Shown here piece by piece: positions 1-9,420 of a stretch of DNA of 46,995 bases. Positions within the stretch are counted from its first letter, which is position 1. Each line of letters starts with the position of its first letter. The notes under the pieces were generated by a model, which saw only the letters and a program-made list of their open reading frames with translations, had not been told where the DNA came from and searched no databases. The position numbers were made by a program, and so were the translations under genes. The stretch is from Chloroflexota bacterium (GTDB lineage: Bacteria > Chloroflexota > Anaerolineae > Caldilineales > Caldilineaceae): assembly GCA_024277175.1 (NCBI GenBank), contig JAJRVT010000201.1:1-46995 (forward strand), given 5' to 3'.

Positions 1-235
1 GCGTCCGCAGCGCGGACAAAGGCGAATTCCGTCATGGGGCGTTCTCCAGCGAATGGGCGGGGAAGGATCACAGTGACGTTTGAGCGCACCCACATACAAT
101 GGACGAAGCGCTCATCCATAGCAAACAGGGGATTGGGCGGTATTCCCAAATCCCCTGTCAATTGTCACCGTTATCTGACCAAGCGTGAGCGGTCTGTAAC
201 CGCCGGCCGGCGCTGACTGTTAGCGAACGACTGCT

Positions 236-421
236 TTAGATTTCTTCGATCTCGATAACCTGCCGGCCCTTGTAATAGCCGCAAGTGGGGCAGACCCGGT
301 GCGGCATCATTTTGGCGTGGCAGTTCGAGCATTCCACCAGCTTCGGCACACCAATAGAATCATGTGCGCGACGGCGATTACGCCGACCTTTACTGATTTT
401 TCGTTTTGGCAGCGGTCCCAT
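236..421 (-). CDS. rpmF: 50S ribosomal protein L32 (zinc-ribbon form, CxxC...CxxC)
   Basis: 61 aa, basic, KRKxSKxRRNxRRAH motif plus CSNCHA...CPTCGYY zinc ribbon; downstream of a YceD/DUF177 gene as in the conserved yceD-rpmF operon. Confidence 0.9.
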   Translation of the reverse strand: MGPLPKRKISKGRRNRRRAHDSIGVPKLVECSNCHAKMMPHRVCPTCGYYKGRQVIEIEEI

Positions 422-447
422 TTGGCATCTCCTTCAAAAATAATTCC

Positions 448-622
448 GTTACGATTTACGATAGACCGTGAATTGGGTTGATTTTTACGAATTTCGCTTA
501 AAAATCGTAACTATTCAGCGGTTATCAGGGGAACGCGGATTAGCGCGGACGAGAGCAGATTTGCACGGATTTTTCCTGAAAAATCCGTGCAAATCCGTTT
601 GTATCAGCGAAAATCCGCGTTC
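448..622. promoter_or_regulatory. highly structured yceD-rpmF intergenic leader: 38-nt perfect palindrome (558-595) nested in 11-bp inverted repeat (531-541 / 612-622), plus a further 10-bp inverted repeat (448-457 / 503-512)
   Basis: gatttgcacggatttttc-ct-gaaaaatccgtgcaaatc; gaacgcggatt...aatccgcgttc; repeated AAATCCG words; AT-richer than flanks. Confidence 0.4.
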
Positions 623-701
623 TACCGAAGCCTGCCTGAATAGATACTAAAAATCCAAATCATCCCACAATTGTTCACGGTCTATGAATTGGGCAATGAC
701 G

Positions 702-1334
702 TTACTCGATCGCATCCAGCCTCTCCTGCATATCCAACAACGCTGCCCAACGAGGATCGATATCCTCGCTTGATGCGTCCGTCTTGTCAGGCTCGCGTTC
801 CAACCCCTCCAGTTCGGCCAGGTAGCGGGTCAGGTTCGGGCACTGTCCCTCTCCCTCCCAGTTACAACCCGGAGCGATGGACATGGCCAGCCAGATGTTC
901 TGGCGCACCACCTCCGAAATGTCGAGAATGTGATGATCATCGATCATCAAAGCGGCGTCTTCCAACTCAGTCGTCGATCCTTCGAACTCCTCCGGCCGGA
1001 TGAAGCGCCCGGAATTCACCTCCGTCAAAGGACGAAAGCTCTCCTCCAGTGTGAAGCGGACTTCGATTGCAATCGGCTCCAGACAGCGATTGCACGTCAC
1101 CCGGAGAGCGGTGCTCAGCTCGCCACTAGCCAATATACCGCTGTTGGTGCGCAACAACTGTAGCCGCCCAACCAGCGGTCCCAACACGTTCAGTTCCGGG
1201 TCCAGGCGACTGATGTCTTCGACCAGATCATATTCCCGAATTGAGCCAATTGGCTCTTGCTGCAATTGTGCGACATTGAATTGCATGATATTTCGTCCTG
1301 GATTAGCAGGAACTGTCAAGGTGCGATACGACAA
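702..1334 (-). CDS. yceD: YceD/DUF177 family protein (large-subunit rRNA accumulation protein); true start may be the internal Met (MQFNVAQ, ~1286)
   Basis: CNRCLEPI...C..C motif; acidic C-terminus; position immediately upstream of rpmF. Confidence 0.8.
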   Translation of the reverse strand: MSYRTLTVPANPGRNIMQFNVAQLQQEPIGSIREYDLVEDISRLDPELNVLGPLVGRLQLLRTNSGILASGELSTALRVTCNRCLEPIAIEVRFTLEESFRPLTEVNSGRFIRPEEFEGSTTELEDAALMIDDHHILDISEVVRQNIWLAMSIAPGCNWEGEGQCPNLTRYLAELEGLEREPDKTDASSEDIDPRWAALLDMQERLDAIE

Positions 1335-1562
1335 AACACACGCTCAAAACACATTCGACAGCGCTGAAACGGCGGGCGACAGACGACCAAGCCCGTTGAC
1401 CCGACAAACAAACAGTATACCCCGGTGTTGATTATCTGTCAAAAACGCGCGTGATTTTCAGCCGCGCAATAGCCGGCGCACCGTTCGGAGTATACGCTTT
1501 CGCGCGACGCCCGTCGCCATCTGCGCTAAAGTGCATACTCCGAACGGGTTTCGACGGGCGTT

Positions 1563-2021
1563 CTACCCTTTTTCCTTGCGCGGCGCCTCCGACTCTGCAT
1601 CCGCTCTGGTCCCGGCCCGCTCTTGGAGCATGCGGATGCCATTGTCCACCTGCTGGGTGATGATGTCAAGCTTTTTCGCCAGTTCCTCCAGCACTTCAGT
1701 GGCGTAACGGTCCGCTTCCTGTGCGTGGCGCATGGCTTCATTGCGACTGTTGGCGATGATACGGTCCGCTTCCCGGTGCGCAGCCTGAACGAGCGCGTTC
1801 TCGCTCAGGAGTTCCTGGGCGCGGCCATGGGCCTGGGCAATGATGTTTTTGGCCTCATTTTGCGCCTCTGCAATAATGGCGTCCCGTTCGGCCAGGGTGC
1901 GTTCGCTCTCCCGGATCGAGCTGGGCACGCTGATACGCATACGTTCGATCAACTGTGAAAACTCATCGGCGTTGACGACGCGATAGGGAGACATGGGCAC
2001 AGGACGGCTCTGCTCCAGCAA
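1563..2021 (-). CDS. hypothetical coiled-coil protein (ATP-synthase-b / DivIVA-like Ala/Glu/Arg-rich heptads)
   Basis: ORF with AEAQNEAKNIIAQAHGRAQELL-type helical repeats; no catalytic motif recognised. Confidence 0.4.
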   Translation of the reverse strand: MLEQSRPVPMSPYRVVNADEFSQLIERMRISVPSSIRESERTLAERDAIIAEAQNEAKNIIAQAHGRAQELLSENALVQAAHREADRIIANSRNEAMRHAQEADRYATEVLEELAKKLDIITQQVDNGIRMLQERAGTRADAESEAPRKEKG

Positions 2022-2142
2022 TTCCGCTAACTGATCGACAAGCTGTAAGATAGCGATGACTCACCTCCATCGTCTGGCGCTGCAATGTCATGGGTGGCGC
2101 GCCGGCTGCGTTTCCACTGCGGCCGGCGTCAATCGTCCCGGC

Positions 2143-2676
2143 TCATCCATGGTGGGATAGTTTGGTGTCAGAATGGCTCACGCGATTGGTCTCGGCCGCG
2201 TGGGTGAACTTGGTGCGTAACGCTTCCTGGACATGGGCTGGCGCCCAATGGCTGTAATCGCCGTCGAGACTGGCCACCTCCTTGAGGATGGTGGCGCTGA
2301 GATAGGCGTAGGCGTCGTCGCAAAAAAGACAGAGCAGGTCCACATTCGGTGCGAGCTGATTGTTGGCCCAGCCGATCTGGTGTTCGTATTCAAAATCAGC
2401 CACATTGCGCAGGCCACGCACGATGACCTGGGCGTCATGCACTTGGGCGCAATCAACGGTCAGCCCGCGATAGCTGACCACGGTGACGTTGGGCAAGTGG
2501 GCCAAAGACTCTCGGGCCAGGGCCACGCGCTCATCGGTGGTAAAGAGCAGCCTCTTGGGCGGCATATCATAGACGGCAATCACCACTTCATCAAAAAGGG
2601 TGCTGGCCCGGGTGGCGATGTCGATATGTCCGTTGTGCATGGGATCAAATGTGCCTGGGTAGAGTGCCCGCGTCAT
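2143..2676 (-). CDS. coaD: phosphopantetheine adenylyltransferase
   Basis: [15 protein letters not shown] nucleotidyltransferase motif near N-terminus; ~160-aa core plus short C-terminal tail. Confidence 0.9.
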   Translation of the reverse strand: MTRALYPGTFDPMHNGHIDIATRASTLFDEVVIAVYDMPPKRLLFTTDERVALARESLAHLPNVTVVSYRGLTVDCAQVHDAQVIVRGLRNVADFEYEHQIGWANNQLAPNVDLLCLFCDDAYAYLSATILKEVASLDGDYSHWAPAHVQEALRTKFTHAAETNRVSHSDTKLSHHG

Positions 2677-2779
2677 GGATCAAAACCTTTCCGGTGGCGG
2701 CGAATCGCTTCTGGCTTGCAGATGACGCCTATCTGTAACGCCTTTCGTTGCCAGCATTTCAAACGGCTATGTCTATATC

Positions 2780-3997
2780 TTATTCGTTCGGTAGAAAATA
2801 CGCAAAGACCTGATTCCCGACCATCAATCCCCGGCGGGTGAGGCGCACCCGATCGGCGTTCATTTCGATCAGGCCCCATTCCTGCAGCCGGATCAGTTCA
2901 TCCTCGAACGCTGCCGCCAACGTCACGGCATAGCGTTGTTGAAAGCGGGCAAAGGGGACGCCTTCCGTCACCAGACGCAACCCCAACATCATGGTTTCCC
3001 CCATACTCAGTCGCGGCCCAATCGTTTCGGTGAAGGCCGCCACCGATTGGCCGTCTGTGATCCGTTTAATGTAGTCCGCCACCGGTTTGCGATTGCCCCA
3101 CCGACGTTCTACAGGACCGTCATCCCCCTCCGCGATCAAATGGCTGTGTGCGCCAGGGCCGATGCCGAGATATCCCTGGTTGCGCCAGTAAATCAGATTG
3201 TGACGACAGGCGTAAGCTGGCGTCGCCGCCGCGTGCGTTCCCGCTGCGGGGTCGCCGGCGGTCATGCGGGCCCAGTTGGAGACTTCGTAATGGATATACC
3301 CCGCCTCACCTAACTCGTCCATGGCCAGTTCATACAGGTCGGCGGCCTCATCCTCATCGGGCTGGTCCACCCGGCCCACTTGAACCCAGTGATGAAGGGG
3401 CGTCTCCGGCTCGACGATCAGGCTGTACAGGCTCAGATGCTCGCTCTTCAGCGCCAGGGCCTTGCTCAGCGTATCCCGCCAGTGGGACGCAGGTTGATGG
3501 GGCAGGCCAAAAATAAGATCCAGGTTGATATTTTCAAAACCGGCGGCCCTTGCGCCGTCATAGGCCCGATAGACGTCGCCCACATCATGGATGCGGCCCA
3601 GAAAACCCAATTCGTCGGGCTGAAAGCTTTGGACGCCCATGCTCAGGCGATTGACGCCCAACCCGCGCAGCAACGCGAACTTATCCCGATCCACTGCGCC
3701 CGGGTTGGCCTCGCTGGAAAATTCGCACGTCGCGGAAAGGGTGAAGCAATCGTGCGCCTGCTGAACGATGCGGGTCAACTGGGCGGGGGTGAGAACGGTT
3801 GGCGTGCCGCCCCCCAGGAAAACCGTCTCCACCACGCGCCCGCTCAACGGCTCCCGCCACCGGGCCATCTCAGCGCAGATGGCGTCGACAGTGCGATCAT
3901 GCAGAGCGTCCAGCCCGGCGTAGGTGTTGAAATCGCAGTACGGGCATTTTTGCGCGCAAAATGGAATGTGAATGTAAAGCCCCAATGACGCAATCAC
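2780..3997 (-). CDS. hemW: radical SAM heme chaperone HemW (HemN-like, oxygen-independent coproporphyrinogen oxidase family)
   Basis: LYIHIPFCAQKCPYCDFNT CxxxCxxC radical-SAM motif at N-terminus; HemN C-terminal domain. Confidence 0.85.
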   Translation of the reverse strand: MIASLGLYIHIPFCAQKCPYCDFNTYAGLDALHDRTVDAICAEMARWREPLSGRVVETVFLGGGTPTVLTPAQLTRIVQQAHDCFTLSATCEFSSEANPGAVDRDKFALLRGLGVNRLSMGVQSFQPDELGFLGRIHDVGDVYRAYDGARAAGFENINLDLIFGLPHQPASHWRDTLSKALALKSEHLSLYSLIVEPETPLHHWVQVGRVDQPDEDEAADLYELAMDELGEAGYIHYEVSNWARMTAGDPAAGTHAAATPAYACRHNLIYWRNQGYLGIGPGAHSHLIAEGDDGPVERRWGNRKPVADYIKRITDGQSVAAFTETIGPRLSMGETMMLGLRLVTEGVPFARFQQRYAVTLAAAFEDELIRLQEWGLIEMNADRVRLTRRGLMVGNQVFAYFLPNE

Positions 3998-4092
3998 AAC
4001 GTTCTTCCTCTTCGACGCGGCTCTTCCCCCATCGTTGGCGGACGGGCGTTACGCCAAAGCCTGTTCGATGGGGGGAATGGCGCCTACGGAGG

Positions 4093-4770
4093 TCAACGAT
4101 TCTCCAGGCGGAAGCCGTGCCCGCGCACCGTGACCACATAGCGGAAGCTATCATCGATCTCGGCGATGCGTTCGCGCAGGCGGCGAACCAGGGCGTCGAT
4201 AGCCTGTTCACTCACGCCTTCGCCGCTGGCCTCAGGCCAGACAGCGTCTACGATCTGCTCACGCGTCACCACACCGCCGCCAGCGCCCCAAAGCGCTTCG
4301 AGCAGCCGGTATTGGTGCAAGCTCAGCGGCGGGTCGATCAATGCGCCATTGATCCAGATCTGGCGGGTTTCGGGGTCGAGGCGCATGCCCAGGTTTTCGT
4401 TCTCAAAGGTGAGAGGGGCGGTGGCGCCGGCGTCGACAAACGCCAGTTTGAAGCGCAGGGCGATTTGAATTTCATCGCCGTCATGGAGGGGCATGGGCTT
4501 GGTCAAATCCTGACCGTTTAGATGCGTGCCATTTTTGCTGCCCAGATCCTCCAGTTGATAGCCATCCCCCATCCACGTAATTCGGGCGTGGGTTCGGCTC
4601 ACCTGGCGGTCGGGCAGGGAAATGTCACATTCTTCACTACGTCCAATCACGAGGGGGTGCGTGCGGCTCAGAGGCCAGCGACGGCCCGCTTCCGCCCCGC
4701 GTTGCAGGACAAGCATGGCGTTTTCGCGACCTTTGCTGGTCACATCCTGGATATTGGTCTCAGTCGGCAT
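4093..4770 (-). CDS. FHA-domain protein fused to OmpR/PhoB-type winged-helix DNA-binding domain (trans_reg_C)
   Basis: N-terminal FHA signature ([24 protein letters not shown]...[10 protein letters not shown]...GDEIQI); C-terminal [13 protein letters not shown]...[10 protein letters not shown] winged helix. Confidence 0.75.
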   Translation of the reverse strand: MPTETNIQDVTSKGRENAMLVLQRGAEAGRRWPLSRTHPLVIGRSEECDISLPDRQVSRTHARITWMGDGYQLEDLGSKNGTHLNGQDLTKPMPLHDGDEIQIALRFKLAFVDAGATAPLTFENENLGMRLDPETRQIWINGALIDPPLSLHQYRLLEALWGAGGGVVTREQIVDAVWPEASGEGVSEQAIDALVRRLRERIAEIDDSFRYVVTVRGHGFRLENR

Positions 4771-4849
4771 ACCGGATCCTCTTGAAAATGGGCTGGGCCA
4801 ATCGATAACCAGAGTGGCTATCGATCGAACACGGTAGGATTTGCTCGAA

Positions 4850-4878
4850 TTGACACAGACGTTTGGCTAACGCATAAT
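4850..4878 (+). promoter_or_regulatory. sigma70-like promoter candidate TTGACA-17-CATAAT oriented toward the Ser/Thr kinase gene
   Basis: TTGACA at 4850-4855, 17-nt spacer, CATAAT at 4873-4878 inside an unusually AT-rich divergent intergenic region. Confidence 0.35.
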
Positions 4879-5125
4879 AAATAATCGCAGGTGTATCTTT
4901 CCAATTATGCTTGGGGAGGAAAAGCCGAACTTTTTGCGAACAGGCGCGCTTTCCACGACGACGCCCCGAAAATTCACGCTTTTTCGTCCCCAAACATTGA
5001 GAAGATACCAATAAAGTATATTATACCAAAAATATGACGCGAATAAAATGTAACGTCTGAATCTCCAGACATTAGACTTTAACAACTCCGATTTCGCATC
5101 GACGCCGACGGACAGGGCAATTACA

Positions 5126-6142
5126 GTGCAAAACATTTTGAACCCGGGGGACGTCCTCCGCAATCGATATGAAGTGATCGAACTGGTGGGCCAGGGCGGC
5201 ATGGGCGCGGTCTACAAAACCCGGGACCAGCGGCTCGATGGACGCATCTGTGCGGTGAAGGAAATCATCCCCTTCGCCTCATCCGGCGCCACCAACGATC
5301 AGGAACTGACCCAAATCGCCGATCAGTTCCACATGGAAGCCAGCATTTTAGCCCGGTTGGATCATCCCAATCTGCCCAAAGTGTCCGATTATTTTTCCCT
5401 CGGTCGGCGTGAATATCTGGTGATGGATTATGTTGAGGGGCGCGACCTGCAGGAGATCCTGCAACAGGCGCGACGTCGCGACGAATTCCTGGATGAGCGC
5501 CAAGTGCTGGCCTGGGCCGAACAACTACTGGACGCCTTAGAATACCTTCATGACCAGGATCCGCCGGTGGTGCATCGGGATATCAAACCCAGTAACATTA
5601 AGATTACCCCACGCGGGAACATCAAACTGGTCGATTTCGGTCTGGTTAAGATATTAGAACCTGATGATAGCCGTACGGTCACCGTTGTGCAAGGCCGCGG
5701 CACAGTGGCTTACACGCCGCTGGAGCAATATGGCGGCGACACCGGCTTCACCGACGCTCGCTCCGATATCTACAGCTTCGGCGCCACCCTCTACCACCTG
5801 CTCTCCGGTGAGTTGCCGGTGGACGCCAAGGAGCGCTTTTTACGCCCCGGTTGCCTGCCTCCCATCAGCGACTTCAACCCTGCGGTCTCCGATCAGGTCG
5901 AACGAGCCATTTTCCAGGCCCTCTCCATGCACCCCAATGAACGGCCCGCCAATGTGCGCGAGATGCGCATGCTGCTCACCGGCGCGGCCAGCCCCATGAG
6001 TCAACGGATTCGCGCCCAATCCCTGGGCGTCCCCGCTCCCCCCTCTCCCCAAAGCTGGGGGGCCATCCTGCGCCGCAACGGTGCGCTCATCGCCGCCGCC
6101 CTGACGCTGCTCGCCATCGCCGTCCTGGTGAGCATTTTCTAA
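5126..6142 (+). CDS. Hanks-type serine/threonine protein kinase with C-terminal transmembrane anchor
   Basis: [10 protein letters not shown] glycine loop, AVK lysine, HRDIKPSNI catalytic loop, DFGL, TPLEQ activation segment; hydrophobic C-terminal helix. Confidence 0.85.
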   Translation: MQNILNPGDVLRNRYEVIELVGQGGMGAVYKTRDQRLDGRICAVKEIIPFASSGATNDQELTQIADQFHMEASILARLDHPNLPKVSDYFSLGRREYLVMDYVEGRDLQEILQQARRRDEFLDERQVLAWAEQLLDALEYLHDQDPPVVHRDIKPSNIKITPRGNIKLVDFGLVKILEPDDSRTVTVVQGRGTVAYTPLEQYGGDTGFTDARSDIYSFGATLYHLLSGELPVDAKERFLRPGCLPPISDFNPAVSDQVERAIFQALSMHPNERPANVREMRMLLTGAASPMSQRIRAQSLGVPAPPSPQSWGAILRRNGALIAAALTLLAIAVLVSIF

Positions 6143-6153
6143 CCTGACTACGC

Positions 6154-8991
6154 TCACTGCTCCCTGCTCTCGCTCAGATCACTGGGCACATAGATTTCAT
6201 CGCCAGGACGCAGGAGGAAGCCGGGGCGCACCAATTCTGTGTTGACAGCCTGCAACAACTGAAGTGGAATGCCGAATTTGTCGGCGACGGACGCCCACGC
6301 GTCCCCGGGCTGAACGGTGTAATAGACGCCGTCGGCGCCGACGGTGAATGTAAGCGCGGTGGGAACCAGCAGGCGATCCCGCACCAGGAGCACGCCTTCG
6401 TTGCGCAGGGCCTGGGGGTTGGCGTACTGCAGTTCAGAGATGGTCAGGCCGAAACGCTTGGCGATCAATCCCCAATATTCACCCGGACGCACCTTGTAAA
6501 ATGAGAGCGAATCGCAAGGGCCGATGTTGACCGCCATCCCCCGGGCCAGCCCCCAACGCATGCGGCGGAAACGCTCCAGTTCATGTTCGGGGAAGTAGTT
6601 GACAGTGATGCTGTTGTCCTCACCCCGGGTGACCGCGCCCAGCTTACCGATGGCAACCTCAGCCGTGTTCATGGCCTCGATGGCGATATCCTCTGACGCC
6701 GCCTCCATCGCCTCCCGATCCCTGCGCGATGTGTCCACGTTGAGCAATCTACGCTCCTCGCCTTCAGGGTCGGTGCAGTAGATAGCGCCGCTGGCGTAGC
6801 CGTAGCGGGTAACATGGACCGGCCTGACCGGTTCGGTGGAGTAGGAGTCGAAAAGAGGGCCCGCGTCGCCGCCTTTGTCCAGCCAGGCCTGGCTGAAATA
6901 CTCGCCGCCTTCGCGACAACGCATGCGCGGAGGGCAATCGGGCAATTGAACCACATCATCTGGCGGGTCGAATGCCCACGCTTCGGGATCATCCGACGCC
7001 CCCAGTTCGGCCATCAGGTCAGGGTCGGCCATGACCGCCTCCATGAAGCGATTCCATACCGGCGCCGCGCCCGAAGAGCCGGTAGTGTTACGCATGGGCG
7101 TGGCGTCTGCATTGCCCATCCAGACGCCGGCCGTCAGGTATTTGGTGAAGCCGACCGTCCAGTTGTCCCGAAAATCGGTAGTGGTGCCGGTCTTGGCCGC
7201 GGCGGGCTTGCTGAGGCGCAGGGCGCTGTTGGCCCCAAAGGTGGGTGTGCGCGCCCGGTTGTCGCTGAGGATGTCGGTGACCTGAAAGGCCGCGGCCGGC
7301 GAGATGGCCTGGACCGGCTCCACCCGGGGAATGGGGTCGATGGAGCGATTTTGAGAGTCGAACACTTTGTACACCACCTCAGGCGGGCGATACTGTCCGC
7401 CGCTGGCGATGGTTGTAAAGCCATTCGTCAGGTCGATCAGGCTGATTTCGTTGCTGCCCAGAGCCAGCGCAAGATTATAGAAGCCCGGAATGCGATCCAG
7501 GCTCTTAACGCCCATAGCCTGCCCCACCTCCACCATGCGTTTCACGCCCACCTCGTCGAGCAGGCGCACGATGGGCACGTTAAGGCTGTTGCCCAGCGCG
7601 CCCCGGGCCGTCACCAGGCCATGAAATTTCTTGTCGTAGTTGGTGGGCTTGTAGTAGAGGCCGCCGCCCAGATCGTAGGTCACCGGCGTGTCCCAGAGGA
7701 TGGAGGCCGGACTGATGACCAGATCGTTGAACGCTGTCGAAAAAAGGATCGGCTTGATGGCGCTGCCAGGCTGGCGGGGGCTGCGGGTCATATTGACCTG
7801 ACCGTCGATCTCATCGCTGTCGAAATCAGCGCTCCCCACCATGACCAGAATATCAGACGTGTTGGGCTGCATGGCGATCAGGGCGCCGTTACCCATGGCA
7901 TGTTTGACGCCATATTTCTGAATCTGCCTGTTCACGGCATCTTCGGCCAATGCCTGCATGCGCAGATCCAGCGTGGTGTAGAGGTTCAGGCCAGCCCGCT
8001 CCAGATACCCCTCGCCCATGCGGGCGTCGATCGAATCGATGACGTACTGGACGAAATGGGGAGCGACCCACGCCGGCGGGCTGATGTCCGGGTTCAATTC
8101 AATGTCCTCAGCGAAGGCCTCATCCGCTGCCGTCGGGGTCAGCTTGCCCCGCTTGACCATCAGATCGAGCACGGTGCGCTGCCGTTCCTTCACATCATCG
8201 AAATTATTGTACGGATTCAAAAAACCGGGCGCTTGGGGAATGCCAGCCAGAAATGACGCCTCAGCCAGGGTCAGGTCAGCGGCCGGCTTGCGGAAATAAG
8301 TCTGGGCCGCGGCTTCCGGGCCGTAGGCCAGACTGCCATAGTTGAGCAAGTTGAGATACATCTCCAGCAACTCGTCCTTGGTGAACGTCTCAGTGAGCCG
8401 CTGGGCCAGACCCACTTCCAGGAGTTTCCGGTCCATGGACGGATCATAACGCTGTTCCGGCCCCATAAACAGGTTGCGGGCCAACTGCATGGTGATGGTG
8501 CTGGCGCCGGAGACGACTTCATCGTTACGCCAGTTATCCAGCGCCGCCTTGGCGATCCGTAACGGATCGACGCCGCTGTTAGAAAAGAAGGAGGCGTCCT
8601 CCGTGGCCACGGTGGCGTCGATCAGAAAGGGCGAGACGCGCTCCAGGCTAACCCAGGTGCGGCGGCCTTCGCCAAAAATTTCAGCCAACAGCTCGCCGTT
8701 GCGATCATAGAGATAGGTGGTCTGGAAGAGACGCGGTTCAGGACCGGGCTGATATTGGCGTAGATATTCTTCGACGGCCGTAGGCAGGTCTGACGCTGGC
8801 TTCTCTCCCACCATCATGCTGGTGTCGGCGCAGCCCCCGGCCAGCAGAGCGATCAACAACAGGGAGAGAACATAAATAGTGGATCGAAAATCGCGCAAGA
8901 GAATAACCATAGGTGTATATTGACTGAATAGCGGGTCGGCTAGATAATAGAGTCGGCGCGCTGACAGCGAAACCTCATTCGTAAACGTCAC
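6154..8991 (-). CDS. class A penicillin-binding protein (glycosyltransferase + transpeptidase) with two C-terminal LysM domains; start probably internal Met (~8910)
   Basis: GT51 motifs (RVSPFLIDATVATEDASFF), SAIKP (SxxK), KTGTT; C-terminal ...YKVRPGEYWGLIAKRFG... and ...YTVQPGDAWASVADKFG... LysM repeats; N-terminal TM helix. Confidence 0.85.
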   Translation of the reverse strand: MTFTNEVSLSARRLYYLADPLFSQYTPMVILLRDFRSTIYVLSLLLIALLAGGCADTSMMVGEKPASDLPTAVEEYLRQYQPGPEPRLFQTTYLYDRNGELLAEIFGEGRRTWVSLERVSPFLIDATVATEDASFFSNSGVDPLRIAKAALDNWRNDEVVSGASTITMQLARNLFMGPEQRYDPSMDRKLLEVGLAQRLTETFTKDELLEMYLNLLNYGSLAYGPEAAAQTYFRKPAADLTLAEASFLAGIPQAPGFLNPYNNFDDVKERQRTVLDLMVKRGKLTPTAADEAFAEDIELNPDISPPAWVAPHFVQYVIDSIDARMGEGYLERAGLNLYTTLDLRMQALAEDAVNRQIQKYGVKHAMGNGALIAMQPNTSDILVMVGSADFDSDEIDGQVNMTRSPRQPGSAIKPILFSTAFNDLVISPASILWDTPVTYDLGGGLYYKPTNYDKKFHGLVTARGALGNSLNVPIVRLLDEVGVKRMVEVGQAMGVKSLDRIPGFYNLALALGSNEISLIDLTNGFTTIASGGQYRPPEVVYKVFDSQNRSIDPIPRVEPVQAISPAAAFQVTDILSDNRARTPTFGANSALRLSKPAAAKTGTTTDFRDNWTVGFTKYLTAGVWMGNADATPMRNTTGSSGAAPVWNRFMEAVMADPDLMAELGASDDPEAWAFDPPDDVVQLPDCPPRMRCREGGEYFSQAWLDKGGDAGPLFDSYSTEPVRPVHVTRYGYASGAIYCTDPEGEERRLLNVDTSRRDREAMEAASEDIAIEAMNTAEVAIGKLGAVTRGEDNSITVNYFPEHELERFRRMRWGLARGMAVNIGPCDSLSFYKVRPGEYWGLIAKRFGLTISELQYANPQALRNEGVLLVRDRLLVPTALTFTVGADGVYYTVQPGDAWASVADKFGIPLQLLQAVNTELVRPGFLLRPGDEIYVPSDLSESREQ

Positions 8992-9420
8992 AACCGTTGC
9001 CAGTAAGTAGCCGAATCGTAGGTTTAGGCAGTATAATCGTAAACCAACGCTCGGTCAATAGTCGCACAGCGCATCTTTGTGGATCGATCCAACAACCTGT
9101 TCGAATTTGTCCTGTATCTTCTCAACAGTTTGGAATAGATACCTTGGAATGAAAGAAAACGAGTTTTGCGTGTCGCGGTTGCGAGGATCGCGCAGACTCA
9201 TAAAAGCTTGCCTTCGCTTCCAGATGATTGAGAAATCACTTCGCCATCGTATTACTCAGAGATAGGATTAGTCGTTAAATAATAAGCGTAACTTCCCGTG
9301 GTGATTTGCGTCATGATCTGCGCAGCGCAGCCGCGCCGCCCCTCATGGTTGCCGCCTGCCACAGGCGGCAATCGTTCATGACGAAGCCCCGACGTCAACT
9401 GTTGCAGGTGGAGGCAAACA

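Noticed and set aside
34-216. 60-aa ORF at the window start and other 60-100-aa ORFs in intergenic spaces (e.g. 468..650, 9077..9265, 22052..22273, 25849..26067)
   Set aside because: No RBS, no recognisable domains, and they overlap structured or repetitive non-coding sequence. Insufficient evidence for small proteins.
6814-8256. 480-aa plus-strand ORF antisense to the PBP gene; similar long antisense ORFs at 15127..16533, 17353..18732, 20415..21371, 36074..37144, 3380..3988, 31554..32723 and 40535..41266
   Set aside because: High-GC genomes generate long stop-free antisense frames. These lie entirely within well-supported genes on the opposite strand, have Arg/Ala/Gly/His-rich low-complexity translations and show no domain signatures.
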